Under the pieces are notes generated by a model. It did no database searches, was not told where the DNA came from, and worked only from the letters and a program-made list of their open reading frames with translations. A program made the position numbers and the translations under genes. A DNA stretch of 64,000 bases from a virus. Lineage: Duplodnaviria; Caudoviricetes. How positions within the stretch are numbered: the stretch's first letter is position 1; the number at the start of each line of letters is the position of its first letter. Shown here one piece after another: positions 18,203 to 27,748 of the stretch. The stretch covers positions 51,423-115,422 of IMG/VR virus record IMGVR_UViG_3300028602_000002; one strand, 5' to 3'.

Positions 18203-20443
18203 ATGAGTTATACTTATGAGCATGGTAGTGGCACAGAACAAGACCCCTATCAGGTCTGGACAGCAGAAGATTTAGATGGGGTGAGGGATCATTTAACTGC
18301 ATATTTCATCCAAATGAGCGATATAGATTTAAGTATTTACAATTGGGATCCTATTGGAAAGATGACTTCTTATAAAGAATTTGAAGGATATTATAATGGA
18401 AATAATTTTAAAGTAAGTAACTTGCGGGTTGATAATTTTCCACTTGGTTTCAACTATAACTACAGAGGTCTTTTTGGAGTAACATGGGGGGCAACAATAG
18501 AAAATATTACTATAGAGAATGTTTTTATTGAAGAGGATGAATTTGGTGATAGTGGAAGATGTGGTGCATTGGTAGGATATGCAGCAAATCATACAGTAAT
18601 AAAAAATTGTAAAATTAAAAATGGTGTTATTTATTCTCAAAGTTTTGGCGGTGGGCTTGTGGGGCTAGCATACGCCACTATTGAAGATTGTATGGTTGAA
18701 AATGTCGTTGTATACGGTGATTACTTTGCTGGAGTTTTTGCGGGAGAAGCTAGTGGAAATATAAGTCGTTGCGGGGCAAAAGGAAAAGTTATTTTGTGTA
18801 GTTATGATATAGATTATGCCAATGCGGAATTAGGAGGATTTATTGCTGGTTACGACGGTGGGACTATTGAGAACTGTTATTTCAATGGAGAATTGGTAGC
18901 CAGTGGATATGATGTATACAATTGGAACGGCATAGGTGGTTTTGCCAGTTATCTTTATGGTAATATTATTAACTGCTACAGCGCTTGCAGGATGCAGGTT
19001 GACCTTACCGGAGAACCAATAGTGCATGGTTTTGTTGGATACGATGGAACGGATGCGATAACTAGCTCCTATTACGATATGAGCCTTGCCGGTTTTGAGG
19101 ATGGCAGTAGCGTGATACCCAAAACTACCGCCGAAATGACTTATCCCTACTCTGATCCTGAAAATGTTTATATAGAATGGGCATTTTATGATGAAAGTAA
19201 AGGAAATCCTGCGCTCACTCAATTTCAAAGAAGAGACTCTGTGCCTTTTATTTATTTCTTTATGCCTTCAGTACCGAAAATAAAGATATATAATAATAAA
19301 ATTTATTATCTTTGGTCTGAACAAGTAGATGGTAGAGCACAAATTTTTACAGCAGAATCAAATCTTGATGGTTCAAATTGGATAGCCACTCAGAGAACAA
19401 CAGAAACATCTTCAACCAATGGGTCTTATGCGGAATCTTTTGATATTGCTGACGATGTGATGTATTTTATTTTTCTCAGAGATTGGAAGATCATTACTGC
19501 ATCTATGGACATGGATACCTTTAACTGGGTTGAGACAGAGAGAACAACGACAGGTAGCATAAATAGTTATGAACAGTTTCCCAATCTAAAGGTTCATGGG
19601 GATAAAATTTATTATTTTTATTCTGGTGGAAGATATACAACAATTTTTGAGAAAGGACTTTGGTTTGCTTCTTCTAATTTGGATGGCTCTGGGTGGTCAA
19701 CTTCTCTGAAGTCAACAGGAGATATTTACTATGTTGATTTTAGGATATTAAATGGCGTTATTTATCTTGTATATGAAAAAGACAATGAAATATATACTGC
19801 TTCAGTAAATATTGATGGCACAAATTGGTCGGAAACACAAAGAACAAATTTTGGATCAGAGGATAAAGATCTTTATTACACTAGAATGGAAATTGTAGAT
19901 GGAAAAATTTATTATATATTCAATGTATACGCTGATTTTGAAGAAACATCTGATTGGACAGAACATATTTACTTGGCTACTACGAATCTTGACGGAACTG
20001 GATGGCAAATAGAAAGGAAGACTTTTGGAGATTGGTATTATGACATACCTGAGTTTTATTACTCTCCAGAAAAAAGAGGTTTTTATCTTGTAACTTCAAA
20101 AAACACACTTGCTTGGGATGGGTGTAAGTTAGCTATTAAATTTTTTGGTTTGAATGGGTCAGACTTTGAAGAAATTTACGAATCCACACTACAAGAAAAT
20201 ACTATTTTTACATCTAATCTCGTTTTTTATGAAGAAAAACTGCATCTCATATGGAGAAAAAAAGAAGGTGGAACTGCAAATAATTATTATTTATATACGG
20301 GAATCATGGAATTTCCAATTTGGAAACATGATGTTGATTATAGTATGAATGATGGATACCCTTATTTTTACTGGCAACCTGTTCTAATAATTCCTAAAGT
20401 AATAAAATTCCTATTCAAAGTCCCTAAATTAATACAAGTTTAA
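18203..20443 (+). CDS. GLUG-repeat adhesin/tail fibre with a beta-propeller-like insert
   Basis: GSGT..DPYQV..A.DL start, GGLVG/GGF repeats, (S/T)NLDG..W repeats, C-terminal NDGYP. Confidence 0.7.
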   Translation: MSYTYEHGSGTEQDPYQVWTAEDLDGVRDHLTAYFIQMSDIDLSIYNWDPIGKMTSYKEFEGYYNGNNFKVSNLRVDNFPLGFNYNYRGLFGVTWGATIENITIENVFIEEDEFGDSGRCGALVGYAANHTVIKNCKIKNGVIYSQSFGGGLVGLAYATIEDCMVENVVVYGDYFAGVFAGEASGNISRCGAKGKVILCSYDIDYANAELGGFIAGYDGGTIENCYFNGELVASGYDVYNWNGIGGFASYLYGNIINCYSACRMQVDLTGEPIVHGFVGYDGTDAITSSYYDMSLAGFEDGSSVIPKTTAEMTYPYSDPENVYIEWAFYDESKGNPALTQFQRRDSVPFIYFFMPSVPKIKIYNNKIYYLWSEQVDGRAQIFTAESNLDGSNWIATQRTTETSSTNGSYAESFDIADDVMYFIFLRDWKIITASMDMDTFNWVETERTTTGSINSYEQFPNLKVHGDKIYYFYSGGRYTTIFEKGLWFASSNLDGSGWSTSLKSTGDIYYVDFRILNGVIYLVYEKDNEIYTASVNIDGTNWSETQRTNFGSEDKDLYYTRMEIVDGKIYYIFNVYADFEETSDWTEHIYLATTNLDGTGWQIERKTFGDWYYDIPEFYYSPEKRGFYLVTSKNTLAWDGCKLAIKFFGLNGSDFEEIYESTLQENTIFTSNLVFYEEKLHLIWRKKEGGTANNYYLYTGIMEFPIWKHDVDYSMNDGYPYFYWQPVLIIPKVIKFLFKVPKLIQV

Positions 20444-20466
20444 TATAGAGTAAAAGGGGGAAAACT

Positions 20467-20670
20467 ATGGGAGTTTATTCATATTCAGCAATAGCTGGAG
20501 TTTCTAATTCATGGGTAGCTCCGCCTGGAGTTACCTATGTAGATTGGGATTTTGGTAGTATATGGCATCATGATTATCGAGGTAGTTTAAATGATGGTTA
20601 TCCTCAATTTGAAATAACTGCACCTTCTGCGGTTAAAAAATTTATTTTTAAAGTTCCTTATAAAATTTGA
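20467..20670 (+). CDS. Small GLUG-adhesin C-terminal module (remnant or cassette)
   Basis: 67 aa ending W.HD....NDGYP.F....KF.FKVP like 18203..20443; SD present. Confidence 0.55.
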   Translation: MGVYSYSAIAGVSNSWVAPPGVTYVDWDFGSIWHHDYRGSLNDGYPQFEITAPSAVKKFIFKVPYKI

Positions 20671-20725
20671 GGTAAATTTTATAAACTTTTAAAATTCATC
20701 CTTTTGATTTAAGGGGGAGAGCAAT

Positions 20726-22468
20726 ATGTCTTATATATACACACATGGTTCAGGCACAGTAGAAGATCCTTACCAGATATGGACTGCGGCAGACTTAAAC
20801 GGGGTTAGGGATTATTTGTCTGCTCATTTCATACAAATGGCAGATATAAATCTAAGCAGTTGGGGAAATTGGATACCTATTGGGGAGACTTTTTCTACTT
20901 CTTTTACTGGATTATATAATGGCAACGACTTTAAAATTGATCATTTGCAAGATAAGTCTTTATTTGGATACGGGCAGGATTGTGTAATAACCAATACTCA
21001 CATAACAAACGCTACTGTAGCAGACCAAGGAATACTTTTTCAAGAAATTAATATTGATAATCCTCATGAACCATATAATCTTTATAATTGTTCTGTTCAA
21101 GGATCAATAACTAACTCAGGGACAAATGCGTTTACAAGAATTGGGGGATTGGGAACTATTCTTTACTGCTCCTTTCCCGTAAAAGTTAAAGATTTATCTG
21201 CCAATATAATCATGAATCTTTCTGTTCGTAGGGAAGTAGGAGGAATGTTTGCCCAAGCTAGGAGGGTAACGTTAGAGGATTGTACTTCTACTGGGATAAT
21301 CAGCATATCAGAGGTAACTTCGGGTTCATCGGCGTATATCGGGGGACTGATAGGCGATCTTTCAGCAGCAGGTGAGTATGGAGTAAGTGGTTGTTCCTCA
21401 AGTTGCGATATTGAGGTAGAAGCTACCGGAAACGATTTTATAATAGGGGGTTTAATAGGGGAGGCCACTGGCCCATTAAGTAATTGTTATGCAACAGGTA
21501 ATGTAATTCTAATAACTTCTAATAATTATAGAACTGCATTGGGAGGTTTAATTGGTAATCATTGGGGTGAACCGCCACTGGAGGATTGCTATGCTACTGG
21601 GAATGTTTCTGGAGGTGATTATTCGGGAGGGTTGATAGGAACTCTATCTTCGTGGTATTTCGTCAAGGCTTGTTATGCTACGGGTAATGTTGATGGTAAT
21701 ACTGCGGGGGGATTAATTGGAAGAGCTTCTTCTGAGGATTGTATTGACTCTTATGCTAAGGGAAAGGTAACCGGACTCTCTGTTGCTGGAGGATTAATTG
21801 GGCAATGTAACTGTATCCAGGTAATAAATTGTTACAGTGTTGGTGAAGTTAATGCTCCAACCAAGGGGGGGCTAATCGGATCGTGGGGATCGGATAATTG
21901 TTTTAATTGTTATTATGATTCCCAAACGTCAGGATGTTCCGACACTGGCAAAGGCGAACCCCGTACAACTGCTGAAATGACCTACCCTTACTCTGACCCA
22001 GAAAACGTCTTCATAAATTGGGCATTTTATGAAGAAAATGAAGATTGGGTTTGGGTACATGATAAACCTGAAAACAAATATGACGTTACTTGTACAATTA
22101 CTGATAACAATTTTATTATTGATACTTGCTTAGTTTATGGTTCAAATCGTGCTTTTTGTGAATATCGTTACTTGGCATATTTATTACATCAAGAGGCTTA
22201 TTGGGATGATTATAATTTAATTTTTGCAGGATACGATTTAACTGAACATATAAAAGAATATGATGATATAGTATATTTACCCGTTAGATATATTGCACAA
22301 GATTTACTTAAACTTAGGGTAAATTGGGATGAAACAAATCAACAATTGCATATTGCAGGAAGCGTATTTGGCCCGATTAATAATGGTTATCCACATTTTA
22401 CTCCAAGGGTAGCAGTAGTAATCCGTTATCTAACAGCAATCTCAGGTGGGACTGTCTCGCCACTATAA
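20726..22468 (+). CDS. GLUG-repeat adhesin paralog with a copper-amine-oxidase-N-like domain
   Basis: Same N-terminus as 18203; repeated CYATGNV..GGLIG; VYLPVRYIAQ.L...VNWD motif. Confidence 0.7.
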   Translation: MSYIYTHGSGTVEDPYQIWTAADLNGVRDYLSAHFIQMADINLSSWGNWIPIGETFSTSFTGLYNGNDFKIDHLQDKSLFGYGQDCVITNTHITNATVADQGILFQEINIDNPHEPYNLYNCSVQGSITNSGTNAFTRIGGLGTILYCSFPVKVKDLSANIIMNLSVRREVGGMFAQARRVTLEDCTSTGIISISEVTSGSSAYIGGLIGDLSAAGEYGVSGCSSSCDIEVEATGNDFIIGGLIGEATGPLSNCYATGNVILITSNNYRTALGGLIGNHWGEPPLEDCYATGNVSGGDYSGGLIGTLSSWYFVKACYATGNVDGNTAGGLIGRASSEDCIDSYAKGKVTGLSVAGGLIGQCNCIQVINCYSVGEVNAPTKGGLIGSWGSDNCFNCYYDSQTSGCSDTGKGEPRTTAEMTYPYSDPENVFINWAFYEENEDWVWVHDKPENKYDVTCTITDNNFIIDTCLVYGSNRAFCEYRYLAYLLHQEAYWDDYNLIFAGYDLTEHIKEYDDIVYLPVRYIAQDLLKLRVNWDETNQQLHIAGSVFGPINNGYPHFTPRVAVVIRYLTAISGGTVSPL

Positions 22469-22506
22469 ATATGCAGTCACTATTTACCAGTTTTGGAGGT
22501 GGACAG

Positions 22507-22821
22507 ATGTCAGATGAAACAAGAGGAAAAGAATGGTATGGCAATAAAGAGCTATATGAGATGTTTCTAAATCTTAAGAAAGAGTTCTTAGAATTAAAGG
22601 CAGAGCTATCCTTAACACGACAATTCATTCAGCAATATAACCACCTGCAAAAAACTTTAAATCTTTGTATGGAAAAAATAGATCAGTTAGAGAAGATAGA
22701 AGATATTACTTTTGGAATGAGTAAAGGTAAGAAAGATATACTTATAGCAATTCGTAAATGGGGCGGTTGGGTAGTAGGAACAGCCGCCTCTGCGATTGCC
22801 ATTTATGCTCATTTTACTTAA
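22507..22821 (+). CDS. Holin-like/XhlA-like coiled-coil membrane protein
   Basis: Coiled coil with a C-terminal hydrophobic segment, just before the endolysin; ATG 22507 has SD ggaggt. Confidence 0.55.
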   Translation: MSDETRGKEWYGNKELYEMFLNLKKEFLELKAELSLTRQFIQQYNHLQKTLNLCMEKIDQLEKIEDITFGMSKGKKDILIAIRKWGGWVVGTAASAIAIYAHFT

Positions 22822-22840
22822 TGTAGAAAGGGGTGATAGA

Positions 22841-23518
22841 ATGAGTTTAAATCTTTCCTTCCCTTATATCCGTAATCATATACCTTTAACAACTCCACAT
22901 AGAAGAAGACCAGGTACTAGAATAACTCCTCAGTCAATTACAATACATTCTACAGCAAATCCTAATTCAACAGCTATCAATGAAAGAAATTGGTTAGTTA
23001 ATCCTTCTAATACAAGAACAGCCTCTTGGCATATAGCTGTTGATGACAGACAGGCTGTAGAAGCTATCCCATTGAATGAAGTTGCCTATCATGCAGGAGA
23101 TGCTACAGGCAATAGAACTAGTATTGGAATAGAAATATGTGAGAGTGGAGATAGACAGAAAACATTAAGAAACGCTATACAGCTCACAGCGGCACTCCTT
23201 AAAGAAAGAAACTGGGGAATAAATAGATTAAAAAGACACTTTGATTGGTCTGGGAAACACTGTCCAAGAATTCTAATGGCTAATAATTGGGCTGGATGGA
23301 AAAATTTCTTACAAGAGGTGGAAAAAGAATTGAAACCACCAAAACCTTTACCACAAATACAAGATAGAGTTGGATTGGTTTTTAGGGGAACAAGAGTTAC
23401 AGATTTTGATGCTTATCTAATTGATAGTACTACTTACGTTCCATTAAGATTTCTTTCTGAAAGACTGGGAGCCAGAATAAGGTGGGACAACGAAACAAGA
23501 ACGGCTCATGTAGATTAA
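22841..23518 (+). CDS. Endolysin, N-acetylmuramoyl-L-alanine amidase (Amidase_2) with C-terminal copper-amine-oxidase-N-like domain
   Basis: ITIHSTAN, ASWH.AVDD, AYHAGD, SIGIEICE, H.DWSGK.CP; TYVPLRFLSE.LGA.I.WD. Confidence 0.92.
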   Translation: MSLNLSFPYIRNHIPLTTPHRRRPGTRITPQSITIHSTANPNSTAINERNWLVNPSNTRTASWHIAVDDRQAVEAIPLNEVAYHAGDATGNRTSIGIEICESGDRQKTLRNAIQLTAALLKERNWGINRLKRHFDWSGKHCPRILMANNWAGWKNFLQEVEKELKPPKPLPQIQDRVGLVFRGTRVTDFDAYLIDSTTYVPLRFLSERLGARIRWDNETRTAHVD

Positions 23519-23532
23519 AAGGCGGTGAATTT

Positions 23533-23739
23533 ATGATTTATCCAAATTATAAAGAAAGAGTTATAGCAGCTCTTTTGAAATCAGAGGGACCAAGAAGAAT
23601 GAGACAACTACTAGAACATGACTATGACATTAGAAGAATTATGAGATGTGATGAAAATGAATGTATTAAGTGGAGAGAGTGCGGTGGAATAAGATTAAAT
23701 TTATCTTCTCCTATAGGGGAGGTAAAAGAAGATGAGTAG
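23533..23739 (+). CDS. Hypothetical protein
   Basis: ATG with SD ggcggtga inside track ORF 23482..23739. Confidence 0.5.
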   Translation: MIYPNYKERVIAALLKSEGPRRMRQLLEHDYDIRRIMRCDENECIKWRECGGIRLNLSSPIGEVKEDE

Positions 23740-24298
23740 CGCATCTATTTCTCCACATATTATAGAACAATTGAAACCGTTATTAGAGTTAGATATTAAC
23801 ATTCTTCTTTTGGTTGTATTTGTTTATATCTCAGTAGGTGTATTCTTCGTAGAAGGAACATACGAAATTATTAAAGTAGTCTTAAGTAAAGTTTTCAATA
23901 TTAAACCTGATGTAGAGAAAAAAATTGCTGTATTTGAACAACAGAGAGATGAAGTTTTAGCTAGAGCTGAAGCCGCTACTGATATGGAATTAGAAATGAT
24001 GTATAAAGATGTGGCTAGAAAAATTTTAAGAGATATAGAACAATTAATTCACAGGAAAGCGGATGATAATTGGATGGATGTAATTATTCCAGCTAGTATA
24101 GGAATGATTAGTGTATTCCTTTTCTACCCTAATACTATTTTTTCATGGCTACCTTTTGCGATGGTTAATTTTCCAGTTGAATTAATTGTTACAGGAGTTA
24201 TTTTTTATCGAGGTTCTAATCTAGCACATGGTGGAGGTAATAAAGTTGGTAGTCTCTTTGAAAGTTTAATAGGTAGAATATCTGGAGTAAGGTTTTAA
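23732..24298 (+). CDS. Holin-like membrane protein
   Basis: Several hydrophobic segments; TG.I..RGSN..H motif; lysis context. Confidence 0.55.
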   Translation: MSSASISPHIIEQLKPLLELDINILLLVVFVYISVGVFFVEGTYEIIKVVLSKVFNIKPDVEKKIAVFEQQRDEVLARAEAATDMELEMMYKDVARKILRDIEQLIHRKADDNWMDVIIPASIGMISVFLFYPNTIFSWLPFAMVNFPVELIVTGVIFYRGSNLAHGGGNKVGSLFESLIGRISGVRF

Positions 24299-24319
24299 AT
24301 ATAGAAAGGAGGAGATACA

Positions 24320-25588
24320 TTGCCAATTAAGTATCTTGGAAACTATGAACAACGCATGAGTAAGTGGGCTACTCTTAAAGAGAATATAGATAAAATAGAA
24401 AAAGAAGGAAAAATGATTTATATAGATAGAGAAAAAGCTGATTCATTGCCCACTAAGTTAGTGGAGAGAGTAAGAGTAATTAGACAAAAACCAAAATTTT
24501 GTGTAATTCCTAGTCCTCCTGATGATAGAGATTATCGACTTTGTCAACTAAATATACAAGCACTGAGAAATTCAGAACTACCCAAGAAAGTGATTAATCC
24601 TCCACCTCCTTGGATTTTAGATCAAGAGAATACACCTTTTTGTGGTGGTGCTTCTGGTGCTGGTAGTGGTAATGCTCATTATAAGCGGTTTAAGAGATTA
24701 CCATATAAGGGTTTCAGTATGACTTTTTTATATTGGTTAGCTAAAATGTACGATGGAGCCCCTGATGTAGAAGGAACATATATAAGAACAATTAATAAAG
24801 TTATGAAAAAATATGGATTATGTGAAGAAGTTCTAGCTCCATTTGATAAAATGAAAACTTGGTCAGCTATAACAACTGAAATGATTGAGAATGCTGAACA
24901 GTATAAGATTGAATCTTACGGGATTTTAGATGATATACAAGATATAAAATCAGCACTCGCTGACGGAAACTATGTTATAATAGGAACTATTGTAACCAGC
25001 AAAAACTGGAATACTGAAGATGGTTTCCTAGGATTACCTCATGGATATATTCTGGGTGGTCATGCTACTTTTCTCTATGGATATGATGATGATTTAGAGC
25101 ATGGAAACCATAAAGGATACTTTTATGGGGTAAATAGTTGGGGAGATAGCTGGGGAGATGAAGGTAAATTCTACCTTCCTTATGACTACTACCACTGGGA
25201 AAGCAAAGATATTCCAGGATTTGTAGCTTTCTTAGAAGCTTGGGCTGTAAAGTTTCAAGAGTTAACTCCACCCAATGACGAAGATGATGATGAGAATGAC
25301 GATGAAGATGAGGATGAAGAAGAAATAATTGATCCAAATGTTTTTTATCGAGTAATAACTGGTAGTTTTAATAGTCGCAAGAAAGCTGAACAAAGAGTTT
25401 TAGATTTAAAAGAAAAAGGATTTGATTCTTTTATTCTAAAATATAACAAAACAGAAGATGAAGAAAATGATCAAGAGGAAGAAAATGGAAATGACGGCAA
25501 TGACATGATAGAGTGTCCCGCTACTTTTTCTATGGCGGTTAAATGTCTTGTGAGAGCCGTACTAAATATATTTAAAAGAAAGGGGTAA
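24320..25588 (+). CDS. Papain-like C1 cysteine peptidase with SPOR domain
   Basis: DQ....FC catalytic Cys, GGHA...GYDD His, NSWG..WG..G Asn; acidic linker; YRVITGSF......QRV..LK.KGFDSFI (SPOR). Confidence 0.88.
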   Translation: MPIKYLGNYEQRMSKWATLKENIDKIEKEGKMIYIDREKADSLPTKLVERVRVIRQKPKFCVIPSPPDDRDYRLCQLNIQALRNSELPKKVINPPPPWILDQENTPFCGGASGAGSGNAHYKRFKRLPYKGFSMTFLYWLAKMYDGAPDVEGTYIRTINKVMKKYGLCEEVLAPFDKMKTWSAITTEMIENAEQYKIESYGILDDIQDIKSALADGNYVIIGTIVTSKNWNTEDGFLGLPHGYILGGHATFLYGYDDDLEHGNHKGYFYGVNSWGDSWGDEGKFYLPYDYYHWESKDIPGFVAFLEAWAVKFQELTPPNDEDDDENDDEDEDEEEIIDPNVFYRVITGSFNSRKKAEQRVLDLKEKGFDSFILKYNKTEDEENDQEEENGNDGNDMIECPATFSMAVKCLVRAVLNIFKRKG

Positions 25589-25593
25589 GAGCT

Positions 25594-25842
25594 ATGGAAG
25601 AACAACCTTGGTTCTTGAAGATTGAATTTTGGACTGCTTTAGTAACTGCTCTAGTAATTTTTTTAGGAGAGCAATTTGGAATTGAATTGAGTGTGGAGCA
25701 CATTGTTGGTATTATTGGTGTACTTGTTGCCTTCTTCTGGAAGAAATCAAAAGATGAAGATAGGGCAGCAATGGAAAGAATGATGGAAAAAGAAATTCAG
25801 CTAGAGGTAGCTAAAGCTAAGCGACTAAAGTTAGAGAAGTAG
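25594..25842 (+). CDS. Holin-like small membrane protein
   Basis: 82 aa, two TM segments and a charged C-terminus. Confidence 0.6.
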   Translation: MEEQPWFLKIEFWTALVTALVIFLGEQFGIELSVEHIVGIIGVLVAFFWKKSKDEDRAAMERMMEKEIQLEVAKAKRLKLEK

Positions 25843-25852
25843 AGTTTTTATA

Positions 25853-25889
25853 AAAAAATAGGTGCACTCTTGTAGTGCACCTTTTTTTT
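25853..25889. terminator. Bidirectional intrinsic terminator ending the + arm
   Basis: A-run, aggtgcact-cttgt-agtgcacct, T-run. Confidence 0.9.
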
Positions 25890-26261
25890 ATGTCTAGTCT
25901 TATTTGGTAATAATTTACGCATATTTTCATATCCGAAAAAAATAACCATAAAAGTAACTGTTTATTTTCGTCTTGTAGAATTATTTTAACACTTCTTAAT
26001 AGTATTAAGAAGTCTTTAAACTAAGACCAGAAACATAAATTTGAAAAAAATATGCTTTATGTTTATAGAATTCTAATATAGCGGCTATTATAGAATGTAT
26101 ATTTTATTTGGTTTGAATTAACACATATTTTCATACCCGAAAAATTAAACCATAAAAGTAGGGGTTAATTTTCCTCTCTCAGAGTTAATTTAAGATATCT
26201 TAATCTTCTATAACATACTTAACAACAAACACAAAAGCCCAATTTTTATAAATTGGGCTTT
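25890..26261. repeat. Degenerate non-coding direct repeat, two copies 204 bp apart
   Basis: Cores 25920-25956 and 26124-26160 are 33/37 identical; weaker ungapped similarity extends on both sides. Confidence 0.8.
26233..26261 (-). terminator. Intrinsic terminator ending the - arm
   Basis: aaagcccaattt/aaattgggcttt inverted repeat right after the resolvase stop. Confidence 0.8.
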
Positions 26262-26266
26262 GGGCT

Positions 26267-26746
26267 TTACCAACCAGCTTGCATATATAAATGTTCCGCT
26301 ATACAAATAGCTTCAGCGGCATCTTCTTTAGCCTCTACTCCATACTTCTCTTTCACTTTTGCTATTGCATTTATCTTTTGTTCTTCCCTTTTTCTACCTT
26401 TTATTCCACAGGTTTTACGCCATGTTCCAGGTGGAATTACTTCATATTTTATATCTTTTGTATCAAAGAAATATTCAATAGCTCCTAAAACCTTCGCCAG
26501 AGTTATAGTTGTTTTGTAATTGATTTGATTTCCTTTTATATCTTCTAACCCAACAATCGTTTCTTTTGTAAGATAATCCCAAAAAGTAGCAAGGAATTCT
26601 TTAATAAGTTTATTACTTCTTTGTATGGCGTTCTCACCAGTAATATTAAATACTCCATAAAGTATTAATTTACCTTCTTCATCTAATAAAGCATATCCAG
26701 TTTTTCTAGAAGATTGATCTAATCCAATATAAAATTTCTTCCCCAT
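26267..26746 (-). CDS. ruvC: RuvC-like Holliday junction resolvase
   Basis: IGLDQSS..TGYA, VGLED, P.TWRK, EDAAEAICIA. Confidence 0.85.
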   Translation of the reverse strand: MGKKFYIGLDQSSRKTGYALLDEEGKLILYGVFNITGENAIQRSNKLIKEFLATFWDYLTKETIVGLEDIKGNQINYKTTITLAKVLGAIEYFFDTKDIKYEVIPPGTWRKTCGIKGRKREEQKINAIAKVKEKYGVEAKEDAAEAICIAEHLYMQAGW

Positions 26747-26747
26747 A

Positions 26748-27281
26748 TTAATCAGGCCTTTCATATTTCTCTACAAATTCTAATGGAACTGTTAATCCAT
26801 ACTTTCCATCTTGAGCTTGTATATAATATCTATCCATCCCTTTTTCTAAAAACATAGTAGGTTTATTTTTATAGCGGATTACTAAGTATAGAAAAATATC
26901 ATTTTTACCAACAACTGTAGCATAATACTTGCCATCTTGGTCATATAGTTTATAACCATTAGGAAAATCTAATGGCATAATAACTTTTATTAATGTTAAA
27001 TGAGAAGACTCTTTAATTCTTCTTTCATACATCCTATTCAACCAAGTTAAATTTTTATATGATTTACGATTTACTTTCTTATATTTTTTGTCGGTAATTC
27101 CTAGGCTTCTTTTAGTAGCTTTTGCTAAAACTATAATTTCTTTTGTGTAAATATACAAACCATACTCAGTTTTAACTTGAGGAGCATTTTCTAGTTCAGT
27201 ATTATTAAATTCTTTATTCAATAAACTCTCACTATTTCGTTCCTGTGCTATTGAAACCACCCTCTCCTCTTTCAGTGACAC
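26748..27281 (-). CDS. Hypothetical protein (start uncertain)
   Basis: 177 aa ORF in the operon. Confidence 0.5.
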   Translation of the reverse strand: MSLKEERVVSIAQERNSESLLNKEFNNTELENAPQVKTEYGLYIYTKEIIVLAKATKRSLGITDKKYKKVNRKSYKNLTWLNRMYERRIKESSHLTLIKVIMPLDFPNGYKLYDQDGKYYATVVGKNDIFLYLVIRYKNKPTMFLEKGMDRYYIQAQDGKYGLTVPLEFVEKYERPD

Positions 27282-27729
27282 CTAATTCTTCCAAAGTTTC
27301 AACTTCTTCTATAGGATACTGAGGAGCCATTTCTATTTCTCCTTGACATATTCTCATAAATGGCTCAACTACAAAAGGTTTACCTCCACAGTTCTGTAAA
27401 ATAACTTTTACTTCTCCACGATAATCACTGTCAACAGTTCCTGGAGAATTAGTTATGGTAATTCCGTGCTTTCCTGCTAAACCAGAGCGAGGCTTTAAAG
27501 TAAGTTTATGGTTCTTAGGAACTGCTACTTTAATACCAAGAGGAATAATACAGATTTCTTCTGGTTTAATTAAAACATTTTCTGTATTAGCAGAGTAAAA
27601 ATCCATAGCGGCAGCTTCTTCTGAACTATACTTTGGTAATGGAACTTTCTCTCCATTTTCTAATTCCAACCTATAGATTAGCATTTGTGGAAGTAGAGAC
27701 CTGAGTGTTTGTCTTATTGCTTTTTCCAT
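27232..27729 (-). CDS. dut: dUTPase (trimeric)
   Basis: AAMD, PRSGLA, GTVDSDYRGE, RGEGGFNSTG motifs. Confidence 0.95.
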   Translation of the reverse strand: MEKAIRQTLRSLLPQMLIYRLELENGEKVPLPKYSSEEAAAMDFYSANTENVLIKPEEICIIPLGIKVAVPKNHKLTLKPRSGLAGKHGITITNSPGTVDSDYRGEVKVILQNCGGKPFVVEPFMRICQGEIEMAPQYPIEEVETLEELGVTERGEGGFNSTGTK

Positions 27730-27748
27730 TTAATTACCTCCTAATATT

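Noticed and set aside
18203-22468. Diversity-generating retroelement or invertase shufflon
   Set aside because: No reverse transcriptase or recombinase in the window. The repeats differ mostly at synonymous sites, not specifically at adenines, and all are in direct orientation.
362-25337. Short antisense or nested ORFs in the structural arm (e.g. 362, 683, 3219, 3474, 4534, 10300, 11067, 12742, 14579, 18329, 18830, 20154, 21163, 22398, 25065)
   Set aside because: They are shadows of long genes, with no recognisable motifs.
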